Source: the human T2T-CHM13v2.0 reference genome, Homo sapiens. Taken from it: a stretch of DNA of 64,000 bases. This document shows positions 30,988 to 49,400 of the stretch, one piece after another. The position numbers and the translations under genes were made by a program. The stretch lies in NCBI RefSeq assembly GCF_009914755.1, contig NC_060928.1; one strand, given 5' to 3'. Numbering within the stretch: position 1 is the first letter of the stretch; each line of letters begins with the position of its first letter. Below the pieces are notes generated by a model that saw only the letters and a list, made by a program, of their open reading frames with translations, was not told where the DNA came from and searched no databases.

Positions 30988-33576
30988 CTATTCCTAGTTT
31001 ATTGAGGGTGTTGTATAATGAAAAGGAATTTAATTTTGCCAAATGGCTTGTCTGCATCTACTTAAATTATCATGTGATATTTTCCCTCTATTCCTTAATG
31101 TGTTGTATAACATAATTAATTTTTGAATGGTCAACCATCCTTGCATCTCAGGAATAAAAACAAACTTGCTCATGGTATATGGTCCTTTTATTGTGCTATT
31201 GGATTCAGCTTATTTTTACTTTGTTGATAATTTTTGCATCAATAATCATTGACCGGCAGTTTTATTTATTTTTTATTTTTTGTGGTATCATGGTATCATC
31301 TGACTTTGGTATCATGGTAATGTTGATCTCATAAAATGAGTTTGGAAGTGTTTCTCTTCAATTGTTTGAAATAATTCAAAACTGATTGCCACATGTTCTT
31401 TAAATGTTTGCTAGAATTCATAATTGAAACCATTTGTTCCTGGCTTTTCTTTATTGGGATTTTCTTTATTACAGATTGAATCACCATATTACTGATAGAT
31501 CTGTTCAGATTTCTTTCTTTTTCTTCATGATTCAGTCTAGATAGGTTGTATGTCTCTAGAGATACATTCATTTGTTGCAGACTATATTGTTTGTTGGGAT
31601 AAATTGTTCATAGTTGTTTCATGATTTTTAGTTTCTGTGGTATCAGTTACAATGTTTTCTTTTATTTCTTATTTTATTTATTTGAGTCTTCTGCCTTTTT
31701 TTCTTATTTAATCTAGGTAAGGATTTGTCAATTTTGTTTATCATTTTAAAAATCCAACTCATAGTTTTGTTGACATTTCCTATTGTTTTTGTACTTCTTA
31801 TTCCTTATGTAATCTTTGCTATTATTTTTCTTCTGCTAACTTTGGGTTTAGTTTGTTCTTCATTAGCTCTTTGAGGTTCAAGGGTAGGTTGTTTAGTTGA
31901 GATCTTCTTTTTTAATGTAGGCATTTATTACTGTAAACTTCCCTCAGTATTTCTTTTGCTGCATCACGTAAGTTTTGGTATGTTATGCTTTTGTTTTCAT
32001 TTGTCTTGAAGTATTTTCTAATTTCCTTTTTAATTTCTTCTTTGACCCAAAGGTTGTTCTAGGATGTTATTTAATTTCCACATATTTGTAAATTTTCCAT
32101 GATTCCTCCTGTTATTGATTTCTGATTTTACTCCATTGTGGTCAGAATAGATGCTTGGTATAATTTCAGTCTTCTTAACTTTTTAAAGACTTCTTCTGTG
32201 ATCTAACATGTGAACTATTCTATAGTTCTATGTGCACTTGATAAAATTGTTTATTGTATTACTGTTTGGAAGGATAATCTGTATATGTCTGTTAGATCCA
32301 TATGACCTGTAGTGTTGTTCAGGTTCTCCATTTCCTTATTGATCTTTTGTCTGGATGTTCTATTCAGTACTGAAACTGAGGAATTGAACTCTCCTACTAT
32401 TATTATATTGCTATGTATTTGTCCCTTCAGTTCTGTCAATATTTGCTTTATACAGTTAGGTGATCTGATGTTAGGTGCATATATATTTATAATTGTTATT
32501 TCTCCCAGTGTATTGGCCTTTTTATTGTTATATAATATCTGTCTTTGTCTCTTATAACATTTTTTTTAGTTAAGTCTATTTTTTTTCTGATGTAAGTTTA
32601 ATTGCCCCTTCTCTCTACTGGTTACAGTTTGCATGGAATTTTTTCTTCCATCCCTTCAGTTTCAGCCTATATATGTCCTTAAAGTGAGTTTATCAAGAAC
32701 AGCAAATAGTTGGACCCTGTTTTTTCTTTCTAATTCATTCATCCATTCTATGTCTTTTGATTGAGAAGTGCAACATATTAACACACTTAAAGTAATTATT
32801 GATAAAGATTTACTAACACCATTTTGTTAATTACTTTCTGTTAGTCTTAACAGTTCTTTATTCTGCTTTCCCTTTCTTCCTGTCTTCCTTTGTTTGTTTT
32901 TTAAAAAAACGTTTGTATTGATAGGCTTTGATTACTTTTTTTAAAAAAAATATAACTACGATAGGTATTTTTTGTGGTTACCTTGAGGTTTACAAAAAAT
33001 TTGTTGTAGTTATAATAGTCTTATTTTAAACTGATAACTTACATTTAATCATATACAATAACTCTACTCTTAACTTATTTCTCCTCCAACACTGTGTTAT
33101 AGTTATCACAATTTACTTCTCTTCACATTGTGTATCTTTTAACATATTTTTGTTATTATTTTAATACTTTTGTCTTTTATACTAGAACTAAATGTGATCA
33201 ACTTGTTACCATTACAGTAATACAATATTTTGTAATTGTCTACATATTTGCCTTTACCAACATTTCCATACTTATATGCTATAATGTCGTTATTTAGTAT
33301 CATTTTATTTCAACTTAAAGAACCCCCATTAGTATTTCTTGTAAAGTAGGTCAAACAGTGATGAACTATATAAGCTTTTATTTGTCTAGAATTGTCTTTA
33401 CCTCTCCTTGATTTTTGGACAGTTGTGCTAAGTATTTTATTCTTGTCAGTTTATTTTTCCTTTTAGTACTTTGACTATGTTTTCCCACTCTCTTCTGCCT
33501 GTGAGGTTTCTGCTGAAAAATCTACTTATAGACTTACAAAGATTACCTTATATGTGATAAGTCGATTTTCTCTTGA

Positions 33577-34005
<429 letters not shown>

Positions 34006-35744
34006 CATTTCTTTAGGGCTTCTTATATCTATGTATTCATTTTCTTCCCCAGATTTGGGAAGTTTTCAGCCATTATTTATTTGAAATTGCCTTCTGATTC
34101 TTTCTTTCTCTCTCTTCTCATAGTATCCCTACAGTGTATATACTGGTATGCTTGACAGTGTCTCATAAGACCCTTCAGCTTTCTGCATGCTTTTTAATTT
34201 TTTATTCTTTTTGCTCCTCTGACCAAATTATTTTTAGTGTGCTGTCTTTTGAGTTTGCTAATTCTTTCCTTTGCTTAATGTAGTCATCTGTTGAAGCCTC
34301 TGGTTAATTTTTTAGTTCAGTTATTGTGGTCTTCAGCTCTATGAATTTCATTTACTACTGCTTTATAATTTGTATTTCTTTGTTGACGTTCTCACTTTTT
34401 TCATGCACTGTTTCTTGACTTTGATGAGTGTCTTTATGACAATTATTCTGAATTTACTTTTATTGATAGTCAAATAACTTCATCTTATTAGGGTCAGTTT
34501 CTGGAGATTTATGTTGTTCCTTTGTTTGGAACAGGTTTGCCTGATTCTTCTTTAGTGTGTCTATTTCTGCACGTTGGACAAAGCGGCCACCTCTCCTACT
34601 CTTCATGGACTGGCCTCATATAGAAGAAGACTGCCACTAATTGCCCCAGCCAGAGATTCTTATGTTCTTTAAAACTTTCTTGAGAGTCAACCCACTTTCT
34701 TTGTTCTTTGCAACCCCCAGGCATCTTGAGTATGCCTGAGCTTGTAAGTGCACTGAGACAAAACTAAAGCCTACTCCTTGGATGGTATCCAGAAAAGTTA
34801 AATTGTTGGATGTTATATCCAACTGATTTCCTTTCCAGTGAGAAGCTGGAAGCTGGGAATTTTCATCTACTTGGTCTGTGCTAAACCAGTAGTGGGGGTC
34901 TATGGTGACTGCCTTTCCAAATCTCTGTCCTTGTACTCACTCTCTCCCAGGGGGCTAGATTATACCAAGTCCCACTAGTACTCTGAGGCAGGCAAATCAG
35001 AAGCCAGTCCCCAGAAAAGCTGTGGTATTTGATGTCTGGCCTAACTCTCTCACTCCCCAGGGAAAAGCAGGATACTATGGTTTACTCTATGCTGTGCTGG
35101 AAGGTAGAGCTAAGGTGTCTACCAGTAAAAGTTCTCTCCCAGACAGCTAGACTGTGCCAGACCCATCATAAATTCAAGACTAGCAGCAAAGGTGCAAGTT
35201 CTTGGGAAGCCCTGGAAAAGTTGGGGCATTAGACTTACTGATCAATTTTTTTCTCCCAGAGGAAAGCTGAGAGCTGGGAATTTTTATCTGCTCACTCTGT
35301 GCTGGGTAGGGGGAGGAGTTATAGCATTTAACAGTCCAGGCTGCTATTGCCATTCTCCCCCAGGTGGCTAGACTATGTTGAACCTGTCAGAGCTCCAATA
35401 CTGGCAAGACGGAAACCCATCCTCTGGTGAGTCCCCTTAGAATAGTTGGGGCTCCGTACATGTGAACTAAACTTCCCTGGAAGAAGCTGGGAGTTAGGAG
35501 ATCTTCTCCTAATCATACTGCACTGTGCGTCGGTTTGGGATTCCAGTGAGAAAGTGTCCTGAATCTCTGTACTGGCTTCTGAGAGCTTGGTTTTCTATTT
35601 TCCTGGGATACAGAAGCTTTTTAATTAGTTTGTTGATTTCTAACAAAGAGAATTTATCCATAAATTGTTGCTGAATTGGTGCATTTGTGGGTGAAGTAGT
35701 GTCTAGGGCTTACTACTCTGACATTTTCCTGATGATATCCCCTT

Positions 35745-37680
<1,936 letters not shown>

Positions 37681-39725
37681 TCACAATACACACAACAATA
37701 AATATGTATATGTTGCATAACCCACCAAAATTGTCATCAAATTATATAAGCATAAATTTTTAGACATGCAAAAATAATTGTTAGAAACCCAAATTTTTAT
37801 TGCAAATGTTAACATTCTTTTATATAGCACTACAAAGTTTGGGGTAATAATGCATACATTCCATTGAAATTGTGTCAAGAGTTTAAATAAAGTTATAGAT
37901 ATTATCAGCTAATAAATACAAGATAACATCAATAGTCACCAATGTTATAAATCCAGAATCAGAAAAAGGAAGAGCTCTGATTTTTACAATTAATAGTTAA
38001 CAGGGTACGCTTATAAAACACAATTGAATTAACTAAAAAAGCCTCAGAAAAATTTGGCCAGGTAATAAAATATAAGAAAGGATTTTTCTTATAGGTGCAT
38101 AACTATGTAGATAAACTGTGTTTAAAATATTTTATTATACATTGGTGATAACTTTTAAACATACGTGGAAAAAAATAACTTGAAATAACATAAAATATAT
38201 GAGAATAATTTGAATAAGAAATTCATGAGATTATAAGAAGACTATACTTTTTAAAAATAGATTTTGTATATTTTTAAGAGCAAATTTAGATTTTAGGAAA
38301 ATTTAGTGGAAGGCACAGAGATTTCCCATATACACTCTCCCCCATGCATACATAGTCTTCCTCATTATCAACATCCATTACCAGAGTGGTACATTTGTTA
38401 CAACCAAAGAATTTACATGAAGCCCCATTATCATCTAAGGTCAGTAGTTTAAATTAGGGTTCACTTTTCGTGTTGTACACTCCATGAGTTTGAACCAATG
38501 TATAATGACATGTATTCACCATTATAGTACCATACAGAGTAGTTCCAGTGCTCTATTCATCCCTCTTCCCTACCACCAATCTTTGACAATCATTGATTTG
38601 TATCCATAGTTTTGCCTTTTACAGAATGTCATGTGATTGAAATCATATAATGTGCAGCCTTTTTAGATTTGCTTCTTTCACTTAGTAATATGCATTTAAG
38701 GTTCCTTCATGTATTTTCATGCCTTGATAGCTCGTTTCTTTTTACTGCCTAATGATATTCTATTGTATTGATATAGCACAGTATTTTTTTTATTCATTCA
38801 TCTACTGAAGGACATCTTAGTTGCTTCCAAGTTTTGGCAGTTATAAATAAAGACGTTATAAACATCCGTATGCAAAGTTTTTTTTGCAGACAGTTTTCAA
38901 TTCATTTGGGTAAATCACAAGAAGCAAAATTATTGGATTGTACGGTAAAATGTATGTTTAGTTTTGTAAGAAACGATTAAACGATTAAACTGTCTTACAA
39001 AGTAGGTGTAGCATTTTGCATTCTACCAGCAATAAATGAGAATTCCTGTTTCTCAATTTCCTTGCCAGCATTTGATGTTGTTAGTATTCTGGATCATGGC
39101 CATTCTAATGTGTGTGTAGTGGTAATTCATTGTTGTTTTAATTTGCATTTCCCTGATGACATATGACGTGAAGCATGTTTTCACATATTTGCTATGTGTA
39201 TATCCTCTTTAATGAGGAGACTACAGTATTTTGCCCATTTAAAAAATAGGGTTGTTTGTGCTGTTATGGTTGAGTTTTATAAGTTCTTTATTTTTTTAAG
39301 TAACAGTCCTTTATCAGATATGTGGTTTGTTTTGCAAATAATTTCTCCAAGTCTGTGAGTTTTCTTTCCATTCTCTTGATAGTGTCTTTCACAGAATAGA
39401 AATGTTTAATTTTAATGATGTCCAGCTTATCAGTTCCTTATTTTATGTGTTATATCTTTTATATTGAAACTAAGTCATAACCAAAGCCAAAGTCATCTAG
39501 ATATTTTTTCGTATGTTATTATTTTCTAGGAGTTGTATAGTTTTGCATTTACATTTATGTTGTTATCCATTTTGAGTTAATGTTTATAACATATTACAAG
39601 TGTGTATGTAGATTCATATTTTGCATGTGAATGTCCAGTTATTCTAGCATCACTTGTTGGAAAACTATCTTTTCTCCATTGTATTGCATTTTTTTCCTTT
39701 ATCAAAGATTGGTTGACTTTATTTA

Positions 39726-40012
39726 TTTTTTATTGATTTATTTATTTATTATTTATTTATTTTTTGAGACAGAGCCTTGCTCTTGTCACTCAGGCTGGAG
39801 TGCAATGGCATGATCTTGACTCACTGCAACCTCCGCCTCACTGGTTTAAGTGATTCTCCTGCCTCAGCCTCCTGAGTAGCTTAGATTACAGGCACTGGTG
39901 ACCATGCTCAGCTAACTTTTTGTATTATTTTTAGTAGAGATGGGGTTTCACCATGTTGGCCAGGCTGGTCTCGATCTCTTGACCTCAGGTGATCTGCCCA
40001 CCTCAGCCTCCA
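39726..40012 (-). mobile_element. AluS lacking about 45 nt at the 5' end
   Basis: TSD gttgact(t/a)tattta (39712-39725 / 40013-40026); (TTTA)n tail. Confidence 0.92.
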
Positions 40013-40145
40013 GTTGACTATATTTATGTGGTTCTATTTCTTGGCCCTTTATCCATTCCATTGATTGAATCATATATTCTTTCACCAATACCACACTGTC
40101 TTGATTCCTGTAGTTTATTAATATGTCTTGCAGTTAGATAGTATC

Positions 40146-40524
40146 GGGTATGGTTTGGCTCTGTGTCCTCACTTAAATCTCATGTTGAATTGTAACCCTC
40201 CATTGTTGGAGGAGTGGCCTGGTGGGAGGTGATTGAATCATGGGGTGGACTTTCCCCTTGCTGTTCTCATGATAGAGTTCTCACAAGATCTGCTTGTTTG
40301 AAAGTGTGTAGCACCTACCGCTTTGCTTGCACTTCCTCCTGCCAGGCATGTGAATACTGCCAGCTTCCCCTTCATCTTCCTCTGTGATTGAAAGTTTCCT
40401 GAGGCCTCCACAGAAGCAGAAGCCTGTATAGCCTGTGGAATTGTGAGTCAATTAAACCTTTTTTTAAAATAAATTTCCCAGTCTCAGGTATGTCTTTATA
40501 GCAGTAAGAGAATGAATTAATACA
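40146..40524 (+). mobile_element. MSTA-type MaLR solo LTR
   Basis: tatggtttggctctgtgtcc...tgtgagtcaattaaacc...ctttatagcag...taataca. Confidence 0.88.
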
Positions 40525-41236
40525 GTCTTATTTTCCAATTTTATTTTTATTTTTCTGGTTTAATATTGATTTGGCTGTTCTCTGATTTTTGCTTCTTCAT
40601 ATAAACTTTATAGTAAGTAAGTTTGTCAATATCCACAAAATAATTTGTTGGATATATTATTTTTCTGAAAGATATAAAGCTATGGGGTGACTTGATGGAA
40701 ATATTTATTATATTCCAGAGTAGAGAGAGTTAGTAAAATTATTCTTTGAATTATTCATGATTTTATTTCTATCATAACTATATGGAAAAATTTTAATACT
40801 AATAATGATAATAAAATTTGTAATATCACTTTGGAGTATGCATTTAATAATTTTTTCGTTGTGTTCATGTGATTGCACACATTTTTATTTCATAGGATTT
40901 AGATCATAAAGTTTTATGAACTATAGCCTCATAATCTGATACTTTCCAATAATATTATGACCAATTTCTTATTAAAATATTAAGAGAACAGTTTTACTAG
41001 TAAAACAAAATTACATTTAATACATCATTCGTAATTGACTTGATTTTTTAATCAATTTTTATATTTATTATATAGAAAATATCCCTATAAATGAAAATAC
41101 ATGTAATAAAGAAAGAGGTGTTCATTCTTTTCAAAATTCATTCTTGGGTTTAATGTAATAATTCTAACCAAAATGCCAGTGGGATCAGGGGTAGTAGCTA
41201 ATGTTTCTAAACTCATGTAAAAAATGGCTAAAATTT

Positions 41237-42888
<1,652 letters not shown>

Positions 42889-44203
42889 AAAAAATTTAAA
42901 AGACATTGAAAAATGAAAGATGGATAATGGAAAATGACTTGTTCTATCTGTCCTATAAAATGCTATATATCCTTTTTAAACTTATTTATTATTGGTGCAT
43001 TAATAGGTAGACTTGAAGCAGAACAAAGGAACATATGCTGCCGAAGTATGTTTCTGTTGTCCATACCTTTAAATGCCAATCTAACCACCACAAATACCTC
43101 CCAAGTAAAGCAAATGTGACAGTCTTCAGGCAGGTGAGCCTGAGGTAGAGCCCAGGACTCTACCAGCTTAGACAGAGACTGGAATAACCTATTGATTCTC
43201 TGTGCCAGAGGCAGTGCTTGAGGTCCAGAGGCAGAGATATCTGGGATGAGGATCAGATCATAGTAGAGCCTATAAAAATATTTGTTCTATGGGGTTCTGA
43301 GGTCACTCAAGGAAAATAGAGTCTATGGCCTGTGACATTATTAATTGTGAGGACCTGGACATCTCTTTGGCCCCAAGAAATTTGATTCAATTGCATAGTT
43401 AGTCTGAGTCCTTACTGCACTAAGGCTGGAGACTACATGAGCAGTTTCATCCAAGAGAACTTGGCAAAAGAGAGGCTTTATCCTGCCACCTGGTCAGAAG
43501 ACAACCATCTTATCTCTTGGGACACTCACTACTGGTTCAGAGAGGGAAAGTACACAGATTATCTACTGGTAGGTAGACAACTGGAACTACCAGAGGAGAC
43601 ATAAAGCAACTTAAAGCAGACCTTAAGAAGACTAATGAGTACTAAAAACATCTTGGGATAAAAACTCATGCTATTTGAAATAAGAAATGTTAGGAAATAA
43701 ATTAAACTGAAGAATACACACACACACATACCCCACCATACATACATACATATATATATCTCATATATATATGATTACATCATGGGAAACCAAATCGAAA
43801 ATTTAACTAAAAGCAGAGGAAAAACTATAAAAAGGATTGGAATCATGAAGAAAATGGAGGAAAGATAGTAAACAGAAGAAGAAAAAGAAGCAGATGGAGG
43901 GGAGGCAACATTATATGCCTGAGGACAAAAACACAGCTCACAAAGGTAGCAGTAGTTCTGAAATCTCGAGAGGAGAAGATGAAGAATAAAGAACAGTGTT
44001 AAGGAATAAACCTTGTAATGTATATATTAATAGTTAAATCTAAATGGATAATGACAGAATGCGCAAGAATATATCAGACAAATATGGAAAAATAAGAAAC
44101 CTATAGCAGGGAAAAAACTAATAATGGTCCAAAAACCAAACATTTAAGTGACCTCAGCCAAAGTTAGGAGTAGCAGGGACAAAGACATGTTTCTCTAATG
44201 TTC

Positions 44204-44353
44204 TCTTAAAGTTCTCTTGAAATCGTCATGTGATTAGGTAACAAAGAGGGAAAAAAAATGCTTTAAATATTATCTCTTTCTTAAAGTTCTCTTGAAATCG
44301 TCATGTGATTAGGTAACAAAGAGGGGAAAAAAATGCTTTAAATATTATCTCTT
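44204..44353. repeat. 75-bp direct tandem duplication (2 copies)
   Basis: 44204-44278 vs 44279-44353, 74/75 identical. Confidence 0.97.
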
Positions 44354-45035
44354 AGTGACAGAGGAAGGAGCAGGAGGAAAATAGACCACCTTGAATAAAG
44401 ACTTATGGTTTGTATGTTGCTTTGATATAATAGCAGAGAAACAAATTGTGAACATTATAAATTATAAAATAATTCCTTGTTAAATGAAAAAACTAGAACT
44501 TTTAAATTAACAAAGGAAAAATTGAGCATGCGTGATCAAAGACTCATAAACAAAAACTGAAGGAGAAATAAAGAAAAACATAAAATACATACACAGCATA
44601 AAGTGAGATGGATGTTTTAAAATCACACCAGTTTTTATACTAAATATTGATTTGTGAATTTTCTCACTTTGGAAAAGAGACAATAAGGCTGAGTTAAAAA
44701 ATAAAACCCATAATGTGTAAGATACCTAGTAAATGCAAGGACCAAAAAAAAGTGATTTTAAAGAGTAACCATGCAAATACAAAAAATAAAGAAAGAGTGG
44801 CAAGATCAAATAAAATTTAAAGTTAAAATCAGGATTTGTATCAAATGAAGACAAAAGTCACAGTTTATAAAGTGATGTAACAGTCATAAACCTACATATG
44901 GTTTTTAAAATCTACCAAATATAGGAATCATAAATTATAAGACAAGGAAGGAGTTCTTGAAAGATATTAAATGAAAAGAAAGATGTCAATACATTTTTTA
45001 TGGACAGATTAGTAGACCAAAAATAATTAGTACTA

Positions 45036-45362
45036 CAGAGCAATGTCATTCAATACAAACTAATGCAAGCCCATATGTAATTTTAGATGTTCTAGTAGCC
45101 ACATTAAAATAAGTGAAAAGAAATAGATGAGATTAATTTTAATAATATTTTTAACTCGTATCCAAAATATTATCATTTTAACATTTAATTCATTTAAAAT
45201 TATTTAAATATTTTTGCATTTTTTATACTAAATCTTTAAGATCCTTTGTAGAGTTTACATTTCAATTTAGACTAGTCACATTTCAAGTACAAAATTTATA
45301 TATTACATACAACTGTTCAATATATACAATGTGGCTAGTACCCATTATTTTGGTCAGCACAA
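45036..45362. mobile_element. MER33-type hAT-Charlie element
   Basis: catatgtaattttagatgttctagtagccacatt...gactagtcacatttcaagt...atgtggctagt. Confidence 0.8.
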
Positions 45363-46184
45363 TTATAGAGAAATTATATATATATATATAATACAATAAC
45401 AAACATGATATAAGAGAAATATATAAAATATTTTATCCCCTGAATAGGAAGAATATATTTTCTTCCATGTATATTTAATATTCACAAAATTTAACCATAT
45501 ATTTAGATATAAACAAAGGTTTAACATTTTTTAAATTGGAAGTTTTACCAGTCACATTCTTTGGCTCAGGAAAAATAGGAAATGTAAATGAAGAATGACC
45601 AAAATACTCATTCATTAGAGATTTAAAAATACTCCTGAATAATCCCTGGCTCAAAGAGAAAATCAAACTGAAATTCTGTACCTCTGGAAAGCAATGTAAA
45701 GAATACTTTATGTCATATTTGACACACAGAAAACTGAAAAGATTTGTTTAGGGTATATTTATTCATTATTAAGGCTGAAAAAGTAAGACTTGGAAAAATT
45801 TAATAAACTAGAAATGGAGTAAAATCAACCAAAATTGATTAGTAAAAGAAAACTAATACATATTTTTAAAAGGAGTAAAATGCAAAACAAAAAAAATTAA
45901 TAAAGGATAAATAAATGTAAGAAATAGGTTTTTGCAAGACATAAACAAAATCTTAACAAGTTTCATCAATTAAAAAGAAAGCTGGCAATAAAAAATAGCA
46001 CAAGCTTAAGAAGAAAGTAAAATACTTTTTAGAACCTTATTGTAGCACTATGACAGTAAATATTAAATCTAGGGGAAATCGATTCTTTTCAGTAAACTAT
46101 AACATATGAAAACTAAGAAACAAGTTGAATAGAATAAATAACCACAAAAGAGATTGCAAAGGTGATAGAGGCTGTTTAATTTAA

Positions 46185-46420
46185 CTGCTAAAAGCAGCCT
46201 CTCACATCAGAATACCTATGTTCAAATTCATTCTACCAAGTAATAGGTATTTGAGCATAAGCACGTCACATAAGCTTTATCTGCATTGATTTTCCTGTTT
46301 GTAAAAAGCAGATAACAATATTTATTAATTCATTAAGTGATTAAAAAGATCAAATGAATTAATAAATATAAAACTTTAAGTTTTCCTGACAGAAAATTTT
46401 GTGCAGCTGTTTGCTATCTT
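46185..46420 (+). mobile_element. MIR SINE
   Basis: atgttcaaattc...ttttcctgtttgtaaaa...gatcaaatgaattaata. Confidence 0.55.
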
Positions 46421-49400
46421 TACCATTCCATTTAGTAGCAGGCTCTTTGAAGAAAAAAAATCAATTACTCAAATATCACAGATCATAAAAATCATAGGAT
46501 TGTTTTCTATTATGACATTAGTACTCAAGCATATTAGTAAAATGGTAAAGATAATCATTCTTTATGAACTTATAGTAAAAGACCTAAAATAACATGTAAT
46601 CCATCAGAGCATGAAAAAAAATACAATATCAAGCAGATTTATTCCAATAACCCAAGGAGGGTTCAAAAGCATTAATTTCAAAGAAAGAAGTCATATAATT
46701 ATGTCAATAATTACTGAAAAGGCATTTGATAAGATACAGACACCATTCCTAATAAAACATAAGCAAAATAAGAATAGATGGAAATGACCATAATACAATA
46801 AAGTAACTTACCCTGAACCACATACCACCTGCAAATTGTGAAATACTAAATTCAATTCTAGACAACCAGGAAAAGGAGAGGAGTGAGCAGTTGAATAGAA
46901 TGTAATTATTTACTCAGAGATGATAGAATTACACCTTCATAAAATGAGAGTCTAGTAAAAACCAATGAAATTACTAAAGTTTGCAAGTGACTTGATGTCA
47001 TATAATTTTTAAAATTTGCTCTATGCTAGCATTAAGTACCTTTAAATGGAAATGGGAAGCTTCCATTTATAAAAGCAACCAATATAAAATAATTAGGGAT
47101 CAGTTTAATGAAAAGTATAGTACTTATATGAATAATGTAGCATTATATTTAGACATAAAATAATGTGTAATAAAAAGAAAAGATCTATTTTGTTATTTTA
47201 TAAGAATATTTTGTATCCTCAAAAGTTAAATCTACCTTAAATTAGAGTAATGTCCATTAGAAGCTTTTGCAATTCCATTAGAACCTTCATAGATTTCTTT
47301 GAACTCTATAAAATAATCTTCAAGTATATATGGAAAAATAAACGTCAAAAATCAAGAAAACAAGAAATAAGAAGATGTATGAGATCATGGCTCATCAAAT
47401 TAATATATAATATAATTCTTTTAGTCATGAGTAAATCATACTGCTTAGGCATAAAGCAATACTTCAGCAGAAGAGATTATAAAATACAGTTAAATATATA
47501 CACGAACAAATACAATGGGGCAATAAATGGTACAGCAAACTGCTCTCTGGAAATAAGTAAGTAGGACCTTCTAATTTACTCTATATGTTCAAATAAATTA
47601 TAGCAATAGTAAAACTTTACATGTAAAATTATAAAACAAGCATATTTTTAAAAATCTTAGTAGACAATATTACAAAACCTTGGGGCTGGGAATATTTTTT
47701 AACTGAAACAAGACTTTATATATCCAAGTGGATGGATGACTAGCTAGACTGAAATAAAGGTGTATAGATATTCCTTTCTAAAAAAATGAAACCTAAAAAT
47801 GATAGCAGGACAAAGTCAAATGACAAACTAGAAATAAGAAAAATATTCACAATGTAAGAAAGCATTATATTTACATGATGACCTTTAACATGCATATAAC
47901 AACAAAAAATAACTCCAGTGAAAAATAAGGACAGGACATGAAAAGTCACGCCAAAATGGTAAGTTAAAATGTTTAATAAAGACATTTTAAAAAACCATCT
48001 GTTTGAGAATTTAAAAGATGAATATTGCTGATGAAAATGCAGGGATAAAATTACTCTCATACAATGCTGATGGTCAAGTTAATACGCTATGATTTATCTG
48101 TGAGCAAAATATGGAGAATAAATGCCTGTGGATAAGAGAGCAGCAGAATAAACCGGGGTGCATTCATGCTATTGAATACTATGTAAGAATTTAGGAATCT
48201 TTAAGATCTACACTTCTTCGCCAGTTCACCTGAACAGAGAGATACAGATCAACTACAAAAATATCCATTCAGTGATTAAAAACCAAAACAGCAACTTTAA
48301 TGCCCTGTTATCCTGCTAAAAATTGTACATATGCTTTATTTTTTTAAAGTGTTCAAAGCCCTTGGCAAATTCTCCACTTCCTTACTATGCATGGGAAATT
48401 TCCTTCTCATCTGTATGCAATGAATGATAGCACTTACCAACAGATACCAAGACAAATATCTGTTAAAATTACCAAAGAAAATATATGTCAATTATATTTT
48501 TATGTGATTTTCATTTTGAGTAAATAAACTTAACTTCATTTGTATATCCTATCTGGCATACATATTTAAAAATGAGATATCATCAGCTTCCATGGCCTAA
48601 CAAACAAAGTTCCGATAATTTTTGAATTCTTATATCTGCTTCACCCTTTGCTGCTCATACAATACAACTTTCAGAAAAAGCCTCTAGCAGAGTGAAGGCT
48701 TGAGGACATTGGGTACCGTGGATAGGAGGACAGAGTAGGACCATGGAGGGAAGAATGTTGAAGAAAACATACCAAAGTTTTATTATTGGTTTTCTTAGAG
48801 CTGTGGCATCCCAGGTGATTTAGATTCTTCTTTATAATTTTCTTTATTTGTTAGGCAAGGATTATTCATTATTGTTATTATCACACAATATAAGAAAGAT
48901 ATATTTTTAACAATAACACCAGCAATGAAAACACATGTCTTAAAGATGTAAACATTTTGGGGGTAGGGAGTTAGATAAAAATAATTGGCTTTAAGCTTTC
49001 TAGCTGTTAATATGAGAAAAGCAATCTGTTCAACAGGTCTAACTCTAATTTTTCCTCCTTTCATCGCTGTGACATGCTGACAAGAGAAATCACATTTTCC
49101 ACTTGAGTAATTTTTGCTTATATACATTTGCTCTTTGGCGCTTTGGGTAGAATAGGGCAGTTTAAGAATATTCAACTTGCAGTCTAAGAAAGCAAAAAGA
49201 GAGCTCCAATGAAAATGATCCTCTGAGTTGGTTAATTCCTGACATAGTTATCGGTTTAATCATGCATTCCTTTTTGTTTTGAGTAGAGAAGTGCTGTTAA
49301 TGTTTTCGATGTGTGTTGGTTAGGAATTCATGGTTCGGAACCTGTCATATTGCTAACAATTCAATTTTGGACATAAGTTCTGAGTCTCATTTTTCATTTG

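Larger units (their letters stand above)
38248..40650 (-). mobile_element. L1MC1-like 3' portion, interrupted by an Alu and an MST LTR
   Basis: cagagatttcccatatac...ccagagtggtacatttgttacaa...ttagggttcact 3' UTR, then antisense ORF2. Confidence 0.8.
43300..48200 (+). mobile_element. Very ancient L1M remnants
   Basis: Persistent A-rich strand with degenerate ORF2 motifs (ctgaaaaggcatttgataa, ctcctgaataatccctggctcaaagag); boundaries approximate. Confidence 0.55.

Noticed and set aside
48795-49175. 126-aa minus-strand ORF
   Set aside because: Non-ATG start, AT-driven composition, no recognisable domain
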